From the IMG/VR virus record IMGVR_UViG_3300037264_001719, positions 18,332 through 82,331 of that record: DNA of 64,000 bases, one strand, 5' to 3'. The notes below the pieces were generated by a model. That model ran no database searches, had not been told where the DNA came from, and saw nothing but the letters and a program-made list of their open reading frames with translations. The stretch is from a virus. Position 1 is the first letter of the stretch; each line of letters opens with the position of its first letter. Position numbers and translations under genes: made by a program. Positions 46,042 through 55,162 of the stretch are shown here, piece by piece.

Positions 46042-47373
46042 ATGGCGTCCTATTTCATCGACCTTGACGGGACGTTCTTCCTCTTCCCATCTCAGACCCC
46101 TGCGGAGAACGCCGTCGAGACCGTCCGAAGGCTCGCCTCCGAGGGGCACAGCATCATTTTCACCACGCTTCGGACCCGAAGTGATCCGAGGCTCGGGGAG
46201 ACGGCCACTCTTCGGAAACTCGCGGAACTCGGCGTCCCCTACAAGAGCATCGTGTGGCACGTCAAGTCTCCGCGCATCGTCGTGAACGACGACGGGGCCT
46301 TCGCATTCAATCACCCCCGGGATTCTGCGCTCACCTATGACCGCCTCCGGGTCAAGGACGTGATCCGCAGGAAGGTGGAAGCCGCGCTCGGAATGCTCGC
46401 GTGGGTCGGACTCCGCTACTACATCATCAACCCCGAGTTCATCGACGCGGACGATTACATCCAGACGATGCTTATTCTGGAGTCTCTTCTCGATCATGAT
46501 GGAGTTCACCACTTTGATCTGGTCCAGCGGTATCGCCAAGGTCGGAAGACTTCGATCAACGGAAACGACATCCCCATGAACGGCGCACTCCACCTCGGCC
46601 AGCTTCACAAGCTCCGGCAGAGCAACGACCCGGGGTACTTCGATCAAGGCGGGATCACCACCGGGGCGTGCATGAAAGTCTTCGGGATAGCGGCGTACTA
46701 CCCGAAGTTCCACGACCTCGTGTGGGCGGTGAATCAAGTCACTCGGATCACCCACGGATCGGCGGAAGCCCGTCTCGCGGCGATCCTCACGGCCCTCCGG
46801 TTCCGCCACGCACTTGAGGACATTGATGACCCGGACCTTCTCCTTCTGGACTTCTCCCGTGCGGCCCATGCGGTCGGACTATTTGGAACTCCTGCGTTTG
46901 ATGTAGTGTTTCGCGCCGCGAACAAGGCCCGGAACATTATTCGGACGGGGCGGGCGTTTGAGCAACTGGTCGAGCAGGTCGGTCTTATGTATCTGTGCTG
47001 GAGTTGCCCGGTGTCGGCGGTGTTCTGGTCTTACGTCCTCGACGATCACTACAAGGGATCGTTCGAGACCATCGGCTCTGACAAGCAATTCAAGCCGGAC
47101 GGAAAGCTCATCCTCGTGGACGAGGCGGTGAAGAAGGAGTACCTCGACTACCTCATCCAGACCAACCAGAGGGAGTTTGTTCAGCCCTACGTTTGGGAGT
47201 ACAACGAGCAGGGCAGGCAGGACTCCGACACGTTCTTCTCCATCGCGTTCTCCATTCGCGCCTGCCGTCACCCCGAGTTCCTCGCGCCCAAGGAACTTGA
47301 GGAAGCGAGAGCGGCGTTCGGAGACGACTGGACTCCTGCGATCAAACGGCTCATCGCCCGCCTGTACTGGTAG
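46042..47373 (+). CDS. HAD-like phosphatase fused to ADP-ribosylglycohydrolase-like domain
   Basis: N-terminal FIDLDGT, FTT, VNDD; C-terminal DADD, TGACMK, THGS, DSDT. Confidence 0.7.
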   Translation: MASYFIDLDGTFFLFPSQTPAENAVETVRRLASEGHSIIFTTLRTRSDPRLGETATLRKLAELGVPYKSIVWHVKSPRIVVNDDGAFAFNHPRDSALTYDRLRVKDVIRRKVEAALGMLAWVGLRYYIINPEFIDADDYIQTMLILESLLDHDGVHHFDLVQRYRQGRKTSINGNDIPMNGALHLGQLHKLRQSNDPGYFDQGGITTGACMKVFGIAAYYPKFHDLVWAVNQVTRITHGSAEARLAAILTALRFRHALEDIDDPDLLLLDFSRAAHAVGLFGTPAFDVVFRAANKARNIIRTGRAFEQLVEQVGLMYLCWSCPVSAVFWSYVLDDHYKGSFETIGSDKQFKPDGKLILVDEAVKKEYLDYLIQTNQREFVQPYVWEYNEQGRQDSDTFFSIAFSIRACRHPEFLAPKELEEARAAFGDDWTPAIKRLIARLYW

Positions 47374-47428
47374 GGGTACGAGCCCCCGCCTGCCCCGAAA
47401 ACAACATCCCCCCGCCTGTCGATTTCTT

Positions 47429-47457
47429 TTGCATTTGAAGTTGTTTCGTGGTATGAT
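47429..47457 (+). promoter_or_regulatory. sigma70-type promoter
   Basis: TTGCAT-17-TATGAT with extended TG. Confidence 0.7.
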
Positions 47458-47492
47458 GTTTTTCGTCAATGAGGAATTTAAGGAGGCGAAAC

Positions 47493-47828
47493 ATGGGTGC
47501 GGTGACTCTCGACGAGCGGCGCGAGCAGATGCGTCGAAACCTCAAGATCGCCTTCATGATGGGCGACAACGACCCGGAGATCAAAAATCTTCTCGACAAA
47601 GTTCTCCCGCTCCGTCACGAGTTCCGTGAGGGGAAGCTCTATGTCGGGAGCGCACTTCCGGCTAAGTGGGAACTCCGCGAGTCGAAGACCGGGACGAAGT
47701 ATTGCAAGTGCCCGGCGTTCGCTTTTCGTTCACGCCCCGGGCGCGGGGACGGACTCTGCAAGCACCTGATCTACGCTCTCGCGTCGGGGCTCGACATTCC
47801 GAAAACCGAAGACCTCGTTGCAAAATAA
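47493..47828 (+). CDS. SWIM zinc-finger protein
   Basis: YCKCPAF...CKH; AAGGAGG RBS. Confidence 0.8.
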   Translation: MGAVTLDERREQMRRNLKIAFMMGDNDPEIKNLLDKVLPLRHEFREGKLYVGSALPAKWELRESKTGTKYCKCPAFAFRSRPGRGDGLCKHLIYALASGLDIPKTEDLVAK

Positions 47829-47831
47829 CCC

Positions 47832-47860
47832 TTGACAAATACAGAATAACATGGTATGAT
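47832..47860 (+). promoter_or_regulatory. strong sigma70 promoter
   Basis: TTGACA-17-TATGAT with extended TG. Confidence 0.85.
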
Positions 47861-47898
47861 GTATTCAGTTAAGTAGGAAACTTTTAGGGAGGCGACCC

Positions 47899-49008
47899 AT
47901 GAGGTTCGGACTGGTGAACGATCTGATTCGCGCCCACGAGGAGGCGGAAAATCCGGTCATGCTCTGGAGTCCCCCGGGGGTGGGGAAGTCGAGTCTCGTC
48001 AAGCAGTTGTGCGACGATGACGGGATCAAGAACATCGACATCCGGCTGTCGTTGTTGAACCCAGTTGACCTTCGAGGTATCCCTGTCGTGCAAGGCGACA
48101 AGGTGGTGTGGGTTCCCCCCGTCTTTCTGGTCAAGCAGGGACCTTGCCGTTTCTTCTGCGACGAAATCAACGTCGCGCCGCCTGCAACGCAGGCGTGCGC
48201 CTATCAATGGTTCCTCGACAAAAAGATCGGGGAGTGGGCGATGGACTTGACGCCCATGAAGACCAAGGCGGGGAACACTCGTCCGGCGCAGACCATCCTC
48301 GGCGCAGGGAACCGGGCGACCGATCAAGCGTTTGTTCACCAGATGCCTGCCCCTCTCCGCAACCGGGTGGCGCACATCGAGGTCGAGCCGAACTTCGAGG
48401 ACTGGCGGGAGTGGGCGTACAAGGCGGGCATCCACCGCTACGTCATCAACTATCTGACTTACACGGCCCGGGTGGGCGTCGATATCAAGGGCGTCTCGGC
48501 CTCGGAGACGGGCCTCCTCTTCTTCTTCGACCCCAAGCAACACGCGGCAGGCTCGTTCCCCACGCCCCGTTCGTGGGAGATGGTGAGTCGTTTCATCACG
48601 CGGAGCCCGAAGTACCGGACCAACACCGAAGCGGTCGCGGGCATGGTCAGCGCGTCGGTCGCTTCGAGTTTCACGGCGTTCGTCAAGGTCGCGGACGAGC
48701 TTCCGAACGCGGAGGAAGTTCTCGCCGGGAAGGACGCCAAGCCGCCCACCGAGCCTTCCGCGAAGTACGCTTTCTGCGGGGCTCTGGCGGCATCGCTCAT
48801 TCGGGCGAAGAAGGAAGACCGCGTGAAGGCGACGCAGAATGTCGCGGCCTACTGCGTGAATCGGTGGGGCGACGATGCCGAGTTCGCGGTCCTCACGATG
48901 AAGGATTTCGGAAGAACGCCCGAGTACAAAGAAATCTACCGTTCGGTCATCGTGTCGAAGGAGTGGACCCAGTTCACGAAGACCTTCGGGGACCTGCTCG
49001 AAAGCTAA
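47899..49008 (+). CDS. MoxR-type AAA+ ATPase
   Basis: SPPGVGKS Walker A, FFCDEIN Walker B, GAGNR, PLRNR, PTPRSWE. Confidence 0.92.
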   Translation: MRFGLVNDLIRAHEEAENPVMLWSPPGVGKSSLVKQLCDDDGIKNIDIRLSLLNPVDLRGIPVVQGDKVVWVPPVFLVKQGPCRFFCDEINVAPPATQACAYQWFLDKKIGEWAMDLTPMKTKAGNTRPAQTILGAGNRATDQAFVHQMPAPLRNRVAHIEVEPNFEDWREWAYKAGIHRYVINYLTYTARVGVDIKGVSASETGLLFFFDPKQHAAGSFPTPRSWEMVSRFITRSPKYRTNTEAVAGMVSASVASSFTAFVKVADELPNAEEVLAGKDAKPPTEPSAKYAFCGALAASLIRAKKEDRVKATQNVAAYCVNRWGDDAEFAVLTMKDFGRTPEYKEIYRSVIVSKEWTQFTKTFGDLLES

Positions 49009-49019
49009 GAGAGGAAGCT

Positions 49020-50732
49020 ATGCTCATTAGCCCAGTCAAGATCGAGGGTAGGGGACCTTTCGCCAAGGCAAAGGTCCAGCTTGTCCTCAATCACCAGTTC
49101 TTCGGGGTTCTCGCCTGTCACCTCCCGACCGTTCCGGTGTCCCCTGCCGTCTTCGCGGCGGTGGGGGCACCTCCTACGGCGATGGTGGACGGGAAGAAGA
49201 TTTACTACAACCCGAAGTGGGTCGAGACGCTGACCGACAGGCAGAGGCTCGGACTTCTCGCGCACGAGGTTCTCCATCCGGCCCTGCAACACCTGTGGCG
49301 GCGCGGGAACCGGAAGCACCACCTTTGGCTCATGGCGACGGATTACGCCGTCAACGACATCATCATGCGGACGATGGACTCCAAGGGGCATCCGGCATTC
49401 GAGTTGCCTCCCGGGGGTCTCTACGACACGAAGTTCACGGGGATGGCCGCAGAGCAAATCTACGCCGTCCTCCTCAAAGAGGAGCAGGAGCAGGAGGAGG
49501 AGGCGAAGAAGAACGGGAATCAGGGACAGCCCAAACCCGGACAGGGGAGGGGTCAGGCGCTCGACGGCCAGTTGGAGAGGCCGCTCGAAGGCGGCGATGC
49601 CAAGCCGAAGAAAGGGAAGAAGGGGAAACCCCAGCCCAAGAAGGACAAGGCCGAGGGCGGGGAAGGTGCGGGCAAGGACAAGCCCGAAGCAGAGCAGGAC
49701 AAGAAGGACAATGGCGGCAAGGACGGAGAGAAGGCCCCTCAGCAGGACTCCGAGGATGAGCCCGGCCTGCGCGACGAGATCGGGGAGGTCCCCCCGGGCG
49801 ATCTGGAAGACAAGCCCGAGGACGGGAAGGACGGCGAAGGGGCGGGGGAAGATGGTGACGAGTCCGAAGATACGGAGGGTGAGGGAGATGATGGTGAAAC
49901 CGATGCTGAGGGTGAAGGCGACGGAGAGGGAGACGCTGGGGATGCTGGTGATTCTGACAATGGGGGCGATGCAGAAGCTCCCGAGGATCAGACTCACGGC
50001 GAGGGCGGTAAATTCGATCATGCGTGCGGTGACATCGAGGAGGCCGACGCGGAGCTAGAGGAGCATTGGCGCGGGGTTCTGAATCAGGCGGCGATGGTCG
50101 CCAAGGCCCGGGGCAATCTCCCCGCCGCTCTCGCCCGACTTGTCGAGGATGTCTCCGCGCCCAAGGTTCCGTGGCAACAAGTAATCGAGCAGTACGTCAA
50201 CGAAGTCGTGCGCGACGATTACGACATGATGAAGCAGGACCGCCGCTTCATGCAGAGCGGCATCTACTTTCCCGAACTCCAGTCCAACGCAACGTCGGTC
50301 GCCATCTTCGTCGATACGTCCGGCTCCATCGGGGAGAAGGAGATCAAGGCGTTCGTGTCCGAGATCGTGGGCATCCTTCGGTGCAGGGGAATCAAGTCGG
50401 CCCGGATCATCGCGTGCGACGACAAGATTCATGAGGGCGGGGATAACACGATCACTCCGACCGACACTCTCCCCGAGAACTACCCGGGGGGCGGCGGGAC
50501 GGATTTCCGTCCCCCCTTCAAGCGACTCCGTGACGATCCGCAGGGGGAGACGCCCGCGCTCATCGTGTACCTGACGGACATGATGGGCACGTTCCCCGAC
50601 AAAGACCCGCTCGGGACGCCGACGATCTGGCTTGCGTCCTGCCCGCCTTGGATGAAGGAGGCGGATATTCCCCAGCCTCCGTTCGGGACGGTGATCCCTT
50701 ACGATCCGCTGACCGATGATGATGACGAATAG
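49020..50732 (+). CDS. DUF2201-type metallopeptidase-vWA protein
   Basis: TAMVDG, HEVLH, ATDYAVN, long acidic linker, VDTSGS MIDAS, GGGGTDFRP, YLTD. Confidence 0.9.
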   Translation: MLISPVKIEGRGPFAKAKVQLVLNHQFFGVLACHLPTVPVSPAVFAAVGAPPTAMVDGKKIYYNPKWVETLTDRQRLGLLAHEVLHPALQHLWRRGNRKHHLWLMATDYAVNDIIMRTMDSKGHPAFELPPGGLYDTKFTGMAAEQIYAVLLKEEQEQEEEAKKNGNQGQPKPGQGRGQALDGQLERPLEGGDAKPKKGKKGKPQPKKDKAEGGEGAGKDKPEAEQDKKDNGGKDGEKAPQQDSEDEPGLRDEIGEVPPGDLEDKPEDGKDGEGAGEDGDESEDTEGEGDDGETDAEGEGDGEGDAGDAGDSDNGGDAEAPEDQTHGEGGKFDHACGDIEEADAELEEHWRGVLNQAAMVAKARGNLPAALARLVEDVSAPKVPWQQVIEQYVNEVVRDDYDMMKQDRRFMQSGIYFPELQSNATSVAIFVDTSGSIGEKEIKAFVSEIVGILRCRGIKSARIIACDDKIHEGGDNTITPTDTLPENYPGGGGTDFRPPFKRLRDDPQGETPALIVYLTDMMGTFPDKDPLGTPTIWLASCPPWMKEADIPQPPFGTVIPYDPLTDDDDE

Positions 50733-50754
50733 ATGGCAGGCTTACGAATTACTC

Positions 50755-50783
50755 TTGACGAAAGCCGTATAATCAGATATACT
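50755..50783 (+). promoter_or_regulatory. sigma70 promoter
   Basis: TTGACG-17-TATACT. Confidence 0.8.
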
Positions 50784-50806
50784 TAACAATAGAAAGGAGA
50801 CCACAG

Positions 50807-51397
50807 ATGGGCGAAAATAGGGACTACCACCTCGGGTTCAACTTCGAGAGCGACGAGCCCACGGCCCGCTACTCCGCCTCGAAGGGCTACCGCGACACGG
50901 CGTACTTCTCCAAGATCACGGAGAATCTCTTCCTCGGGCCGGAGCCCACCGCGCAGGACGCGGACACCCTTCGCAATCTCGGGATCAAGAACATCCTCTC
51001 CGTGGCGAAGGAGTGCCACGACGAGTGGATCGGCTACGAGGGGAAGTTCAACCTCGTCTACGTCGGGATGCACGATCACAGCCCGCTTCCTCCGTGGCTG
51101 GCGAAGCAGGCCCTCACCACGCTCCGCGAGATGCTCAAGCGCGGGAAGACTCTCGTGCATTGTGGCATCGGGGTGTCTCGGTCCCCGACGACCATCGCGC
51201 TCTACTGGTACGCGATTGGTGAGACGGATTCGGTCGCGGAGGGCATCCAGCGCCTCCAGAAGATTCGGCCCTGCGTTGCTCCGAATCGGATCGTGGACGA
51301 CAATCTGATGCAGATGGTTTTCGCCCTCCGGCGTAGGTGGGCGAAGGGAACAACGGGGATTGACTCGACGCCCCGGGTTTCTACTGTCGTGAACTAA
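50807..51397 (+). CDS. dual-specificity protein phosphatase
   Basis: ITENLFLG, VHCGIGVSRS (HCx5R). Confidence 0.9.
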   Translation: MGENRDYHLGFNFESDEPTARYSASKGYRDTAYFSKITENLFLGPEPTAQDADTLRNLGIKNILSVAKECHDEWIGYEGKFNLVYVGMHDHSPLPPWLAKQALTTLREMLKRGKTLVHCGIGVSRSPTTIALYWYAIGETDSVAEGIQRLQKIRPCVAPNRIVDDNLMQMVFALRRRWAKGTTGIDSTPRVSTVVN

Positions 51398-51421
51398 GGT
51401 CGAGAAGAAAAGGAGCTTGCC

Positions 51422-51988
51422 ATGCCTCGCCTAGAAAACGTGGGGTTCGTTCACTTCGACATTCCCGACCGGATCAAGCGGTTCGCCAACTGGCTCCGCA
51501 AGAAGCTCCGCAAGGGCCGCGCCCTGCCCGCGTCCATGTCCTGCTACCTCGTCAACTGGTCCGACACTCCGATGATTCGACAGATCATCGACGAGGCGAA
51601 GGCGGCGTATATCAAGGAGTACCCGGATGACGAGGGCACGGTCAACGGGCTCGTCATGAACGTCCTCAAGGTGGACGACGCCTCGGCGGAAGAGGCCGCA
51701 CAGATGGCGGTCGAAGGGCTTGCCCGGCTCATCGGACAGGTTCAGTCCTCTCTCGTCAAGGCCCTCAAGAAGATCGAGAAGGACGGGGAGATCGACCTGC
51801 CCCGGCGGATTCAGGTCGGATTCGTCAGGAAGATGCAGGAGGCCATGAACCTCGCTATCGCCTTCCGACTCATGGAAGACGTGCAGGTGGCGCTCGATGC
51901 CATGCAGACGGCGATCACGGCGCAGATCGGGGCCAAGGTCGCCGCGAAGTACCTCCCCAAGACGGAGACGGCGGGGGCCACGAAGTAA
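51422..51988 (+). CDS. hypothetical protein
   Basis: AAGGAG RBS, good codon bias. Confidence 0.7.
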   Translation: MPRLENVGFVHFDIPDRIKRFANWLRKKLRKGRALPASMSCYLVNWSDTPMIRQIIDEAKAAYIKEYPDDEGTVNGLVMNVLKVDDASAEEAAQMAVEGLARLIGQVQSSLVKALKKIEKDGEIDLPRRIQVGFVRKMQEAMNLAIAFRLMEDVQVALDAMQTAITAQIGAKVAAKYLPKTETAGATK

Positions 51989-51992
51989 GAAC

Positions 51993-52541
51993 ATGGAGAC
52001 CAGCGTGATCGACAAAGAGCGCATCTACTCGGCGGTGAGGGGGCGGGTCGAGAACGACCCGTCCCTCATGTCGATGCCGTCCTCCGCTCGGTGCTTCTAC
52101 TACGGAATCTGGACGGTTGAAGCTATCCGAAAAGCGGGGCTCCGGGTTCTCCTGCAAGCAGGGTCTTGTCGCTGGCCCCGAATCCGCCACGAGCAGGACG
52201 ATGGGGTGTGCGCCACCCACTTCGGCTACGTTTGGTCTCCGAACGAGGCTCCCAGTCAGCGAGCCTTGCGTCTTGGGGTCATGCCGGAGATGCACGTTTG
52301 GGCGGCAGACCCGGAGGCCAACGAGATCATCGACTTCTCCGCAGGGTTCTTCCCCGAACAGGCCAAAGCCCTTGTCGGAATGGATTGGCCCGGCGATCCT
52401 CCCCCGCCGTACCTGTGGTCAGGGCCGACCACCATGCCCCGGGGAGCCCAGTACGAACCCAGCCTCGACGCGATCAAGTTCGCCCTCCTCGCGGCGATGA
52501 AACTCTACGGCGGGAAATACGTTAAGGAGAACCTTCTGTGA
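51993..52541 (+). CDS. putative transglutaminase/papain-like Cys-His-Asp protein
   Basis: RCFYY, MHVW, IIDFS. Confidence 0.55.
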   Translation: METSVIDKERIYSAVRGRVENDPSLMSMPSSARCFYYGIWTVEAIRKAGLRVLLQAGSCRWPRIRHEQDDGVCATHFGYVWSPNEAPSQRALRLGVMPEMHVWAADPEANEIIDFSAGFFPEQAKALVGMDWPGDPPPPYLWSGPTTMPRGAQYEPSLDAIKFALLAAMKLYGGKYVKENLL

Positions 52542-52957
52542 AGACCGCGTTCAGCGCCAATCAGTTCACGCCGACACAATGGGACACCGCCGAGGACAAG
52601 GCGAAGTTCGCCAACCATTTCCTCAACTTTGTTGAGAGCGGATTTGCGGAGTCCAAGTTCCCGAAGTGGTTCTACAAGAGGCTGTCGATGACGTTCGGGC
52701 ACATCGCCCACTTCGACCAGAGCGGGTTCTTCGCGGAGTTCTTCACGACCACGAGGGGCCGGGTGGACTTCATCCGGCAGACCCTCCAGTACCCGGGTTA
52801 CGGAGACCCGGGGTACACCTACTGCGACGTTGAGAAGGTGTTGCAGGTCGCGCTTCTGGAAATGAACGTGCTGGAGAAGGTTCGGCGCGACCACGAGCAG
52901 GCTGTCGAGACTTCCGAGCGCGGGGAGCTTTCCCGGCTCAAGGCCAAATACCAGTAA
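52538..52957 (+). CDS. hypothetical protein
   Basis: Coupled GTGA start; Phe-rich (YKRLSMTFGHIAHF). Confidence 0.7.
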   Translation: MKTAFSANQFTPTQWDTAEDKAKFANHFLNFVESGFAESKFPKWFYKRLSMTFGHIAHFDQSGFFAEFFTTTRGRVDFIRQTLQYPGYGDPGYTYCDVEKVLQVALLEMNVLEKVRRDHEQAVETSERGELSRLKAKYQ

Positions 52958-52968
52958 GGGAGGAAATC

Positions 52969-53196
52969 ATGGGTAGACCGAGGACCAACTTCAAGTGCGC
53001 CATCTGCAAGAAGAACGGCTTCCCGGCCTTGCGGAACCTTCGGACGCACGAGCGGAATATGCACGGGATTTTCCAGCGGAAGGACAAGGCTCCAGAGGCT
53101 CCGGGCCTCGCCACGGAGACCATCGTTCGGGAGTCGATCTGTTTCTGCCCGTTCTGCGGGAAGCAGTTGCCGAACGCGACCATCATCAAGAACTAG
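52969..53196 (+). CDS. C2H2/zinc-ribbon microprotein
   Basis: CAIC..H...H, FCPFCG; GGAGG RBS. Confidence 0.7.
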   Translation: MGRPRTNFKCAICKKNGFPALRNLRTHERNMHGIFQRKDKAPEAPGLATETIVRESICFCPFCGKQLPNATIIKN

Positions 53197-53204
53197 GAGG
53201 GTGC

Positions 53205-53420
53205 ATGAACGTGGACGAAGGACTAACGAAGGGCGACGTTGTGCAGATTGACCCCGCCCACGACGAGCGGTTCGGTGGATGTTTCATGGTCGTCACGGAG
53301 CCCAAGAGCTTCGGTGCCCAAGGCTACGTCTCTACGCCCGGAGTGAAGGGCCTCGCGTACTACCGCTGTCCTTGGGCCGGGATGCACAAGATCGGCAAGG
53401 CTGAATGGGTTTCGGAATAG
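53205..53420 (+). CDS. small hypothetical protein
   Basis: AGGAGG RBS; GDVVQI..GGCFMVVTEPKSFGAQGY. Confidence 0.7.
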   Translation: MNVDEGLTKGDVVQIDPAHDERFGGCFMVVTEPKSFGAQGYVSTPGVKGLAYYRCPWAGMHKIGKAEWVSE

Positions 53421-53438
53421 CTCAAACTAGGAGGATAC

Positions 53439-53747
53439 ATGAAGACGAAGGACTTGGTGCCCCGGCATCCGATTCGGATGTTCGCCACGATGGAGAAGAA
53501 GGCGAGGAACTCCCTTCTCAACACGGTGATCTACCTCGGTGAGCGGGGATTCCACGCGAAGACCATCGCCAAGGTCGCAGGGATCACGCCCTCGCAGGTG
53601 TACGCGATCTGCAACAAGTTCCAAGTGAAGCTCCGGGCGTACCGGGACGGACAGACGGAGCCCGCCGAGCGGATCATCCGCAAGTCCCCCACCATCACGG
53701 TGCGGATGGTCTCGTGGGAGAAGGTTAAAGCCGCTTTGGAGGAATAG
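53439..53747 (+). CDS. HTH-like DNA-binding protein
   Basis: AKTIAKVAGITPSQVY. Confidence 0.6.
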   Translation: MKTKDLVPRHPIRMFATMEKKARNSLLNTVIYLGERGFHAKTIAKVAGITPSQVYAICNKFQVKLRAYRDGQTEPAERIIRKSPTITVRMVSWEKVKAALEE

Positions 53748-53751
53748 TATT

Positions 53752-54072
53752 ATGCCGCCCGTTGGATTCCCCCGGTCCATCTTCGCCTACTGGAACGAGA
53801 GCGCGGCCAAGGTCATCGAAGCCGCCCTCCCGATCATGAAGCACTACAAGCGGAAGGGGCAAATGTTCGGGAAGTTCGACAGGGAGAAGCCGTGGTTCTG
53901 CCAGCTTTGGGGCGTGGTCGCTCCGGGCGAGAGCGGAGACCAGATCGGCGTCGCGGCCACGATGATGAACGAGCCGCTGGTCGAACTGCTGGCTTACGTC
54001 GAAGCGAGCATGGACAGCTACCCGCTCCTCATGACCAAGAGCCAGTTCGACCGTGAGTACGAATTGGATTGA
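53752..54072 (+). CDS. hypothetical protein
   Basis: GGAGG RBS, operon continuity. Confidence 0.65.
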   Translation: MPPVGFPRSIFAYWNESAAKVIEAALPIMKHYKRKGQMFGKFDREKPWFCQLWGVVAPGESGDQIGVAATMMNEPLVELLAYVEASMDSYPLLMTKSQFDREYELD

Positions 54073-54344
54073 TGGGAGAAGCGATGCAAGACGAAACGGA
54101 AGGCAAGCGGCGAGAACTGATCGAGGAGATCAACGTCAATCCGCTCAACCGGAAACAGCTTGAGTTCAGATGCGGCAAGGAAAACGTGTGGGACACGGAG
54201 GAATTGGGCCGGGACTTCGAGGTCGATTCCTTTCTCGCCCCGTTCGTTATCGTGATCCGAAAGAGCGACCGCAAGCGGGGGGCTCTGATGTTCCAGCACC
54301 TTCCCCGGTTCTACTTCCAGTTCAAGGAGCTTGGGGGAGGGTAG
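54072..54344 (+). CDS. hypothetical protein
   Basis: WDTEEL..DFEV..FLAPFV...FQHLPRFYF; TGATG coupling. Confidence 0.7.
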   Translation: MGEAMQDETEGKRRELIEEINVNPLNRKQLEFRCGKENVWDTEELGRDFEVDSFLAPFVIVIRKSDRKRGALMFQHLPRFYFQFKELGGG

Positions 54345-54377
54345 CTCAATCGAAGGTTCAATTCCCTCCCCTCACTC

Positions 54378-54406
54378 TTGACAAAGAACTAATAACCGGG
54401 TATAAT
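54378..54406 (+). promoter_or_regulatory. perfect consensus sigma70 promoter
   Basis: TTGACA-17-TATAAT. Confidence 0.9.
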
Positions 54407-54412
54407 AACAAA

Positions 54413-55162
54413 ATGCTAAACGCATACGAAGACCTGATCGGAACGCCGCGCTACCCGCTCGGGCATTCCGGGCTCAAGCGAGTCTTCACCAACCCCTCCA
54501 CGCGAATCGAAGACGAGGGGCTGGCGGCGCTCATTCGGAAGGTTCACGCCAGCCGCCCGTTCCAGTTCGGACAATGTTATTCCAACGTCGAGCGGGCAGT
54601 CGCCAACGCGAAAGGGAACGGATGGAAGAACGTCCTCCCGTTTGCGGGCTGGCTGATGATTAAGGATCAGGAGCCAATTCACCATGCGTGGTTCGTCTTG
54701 ACGGTCGGCGGCGAGTCCAAGCCCATCGACCTCTCCTCTTTCACCGTCCCGGCCCCCGAACTCAAGGCGCTCGATGAGGCACTTGCGAAGGAGAGCGCGG
54801 AACGTCTTCGGGACGCCAAGAAGAAGACCGAGGGCCTGCCCGCCGCCGAAGCCAATCAGATCGTGAAACAGGCGTGGCTCGATTGGCAGATCGAATGCCG
54901 CCAGAGATCGAGCGCGGTCTTTCGTCCCTACGAGACGGGCGACATCGTTTCGTGTCGCGTGTGGGGAGACGTTCCGGTCGGGCACGTCTACATCGGCTGT
55001 CCTTGTCTCCCGAACGAGGCTCGGAACATTTTCCTGAGATGGCATCCGAGGTACGGGAAGCAGAGCAACCATGCAGGAGCCGCCGAGCCGACTGTCATGC
55101 AGTTGGTCGAACAGGGCCGGGTGGCGGATGCCCGAGCGAAGCTCTCGAAGGAGACTGAGTGA
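54413..55162 (+). CDS. putative Cys-His-Asp papain/transglutaminase-like protein, likely leaderless
   Basis: GQCYSN, HHAWF, IDLS; the A of ATG is 7 nt after the end of the -10 box. Confidence 0.65.
   Translation: MLNAYEDLIGTPRYPLGHSGLKRVFTNPSTRIEDEGLAALIRKVHASRPFQFGQCYSNVERAVANAKGNGWKNVLPFAGWLMIKDQEPIHHAWFVLTVGGESKPIDLSSFTVPAPELKALDEALAKESAERLRDAKKKTEGLPAAEANQIVKQAWLDWQIECRQRSSAVFRPYETGDIVSCRVWGDVPVGHVYIGCPCLPNEARNIFLRWHPRYGKQSNHAGAAEPTVMQLVEQGRVADARAKLSKETE

Noticed and set aside
49480-50050. Purine-rich low-complexity stretch as repeat element or ncRNA
   Set aside because: Explained by the charged disordered linker of the vWA protein
51360-51387. Possible promoter TTGACT-16-TACTGT
   Set aside because: Weak -10, 16 bp GC-rich spacer, inside a coding region
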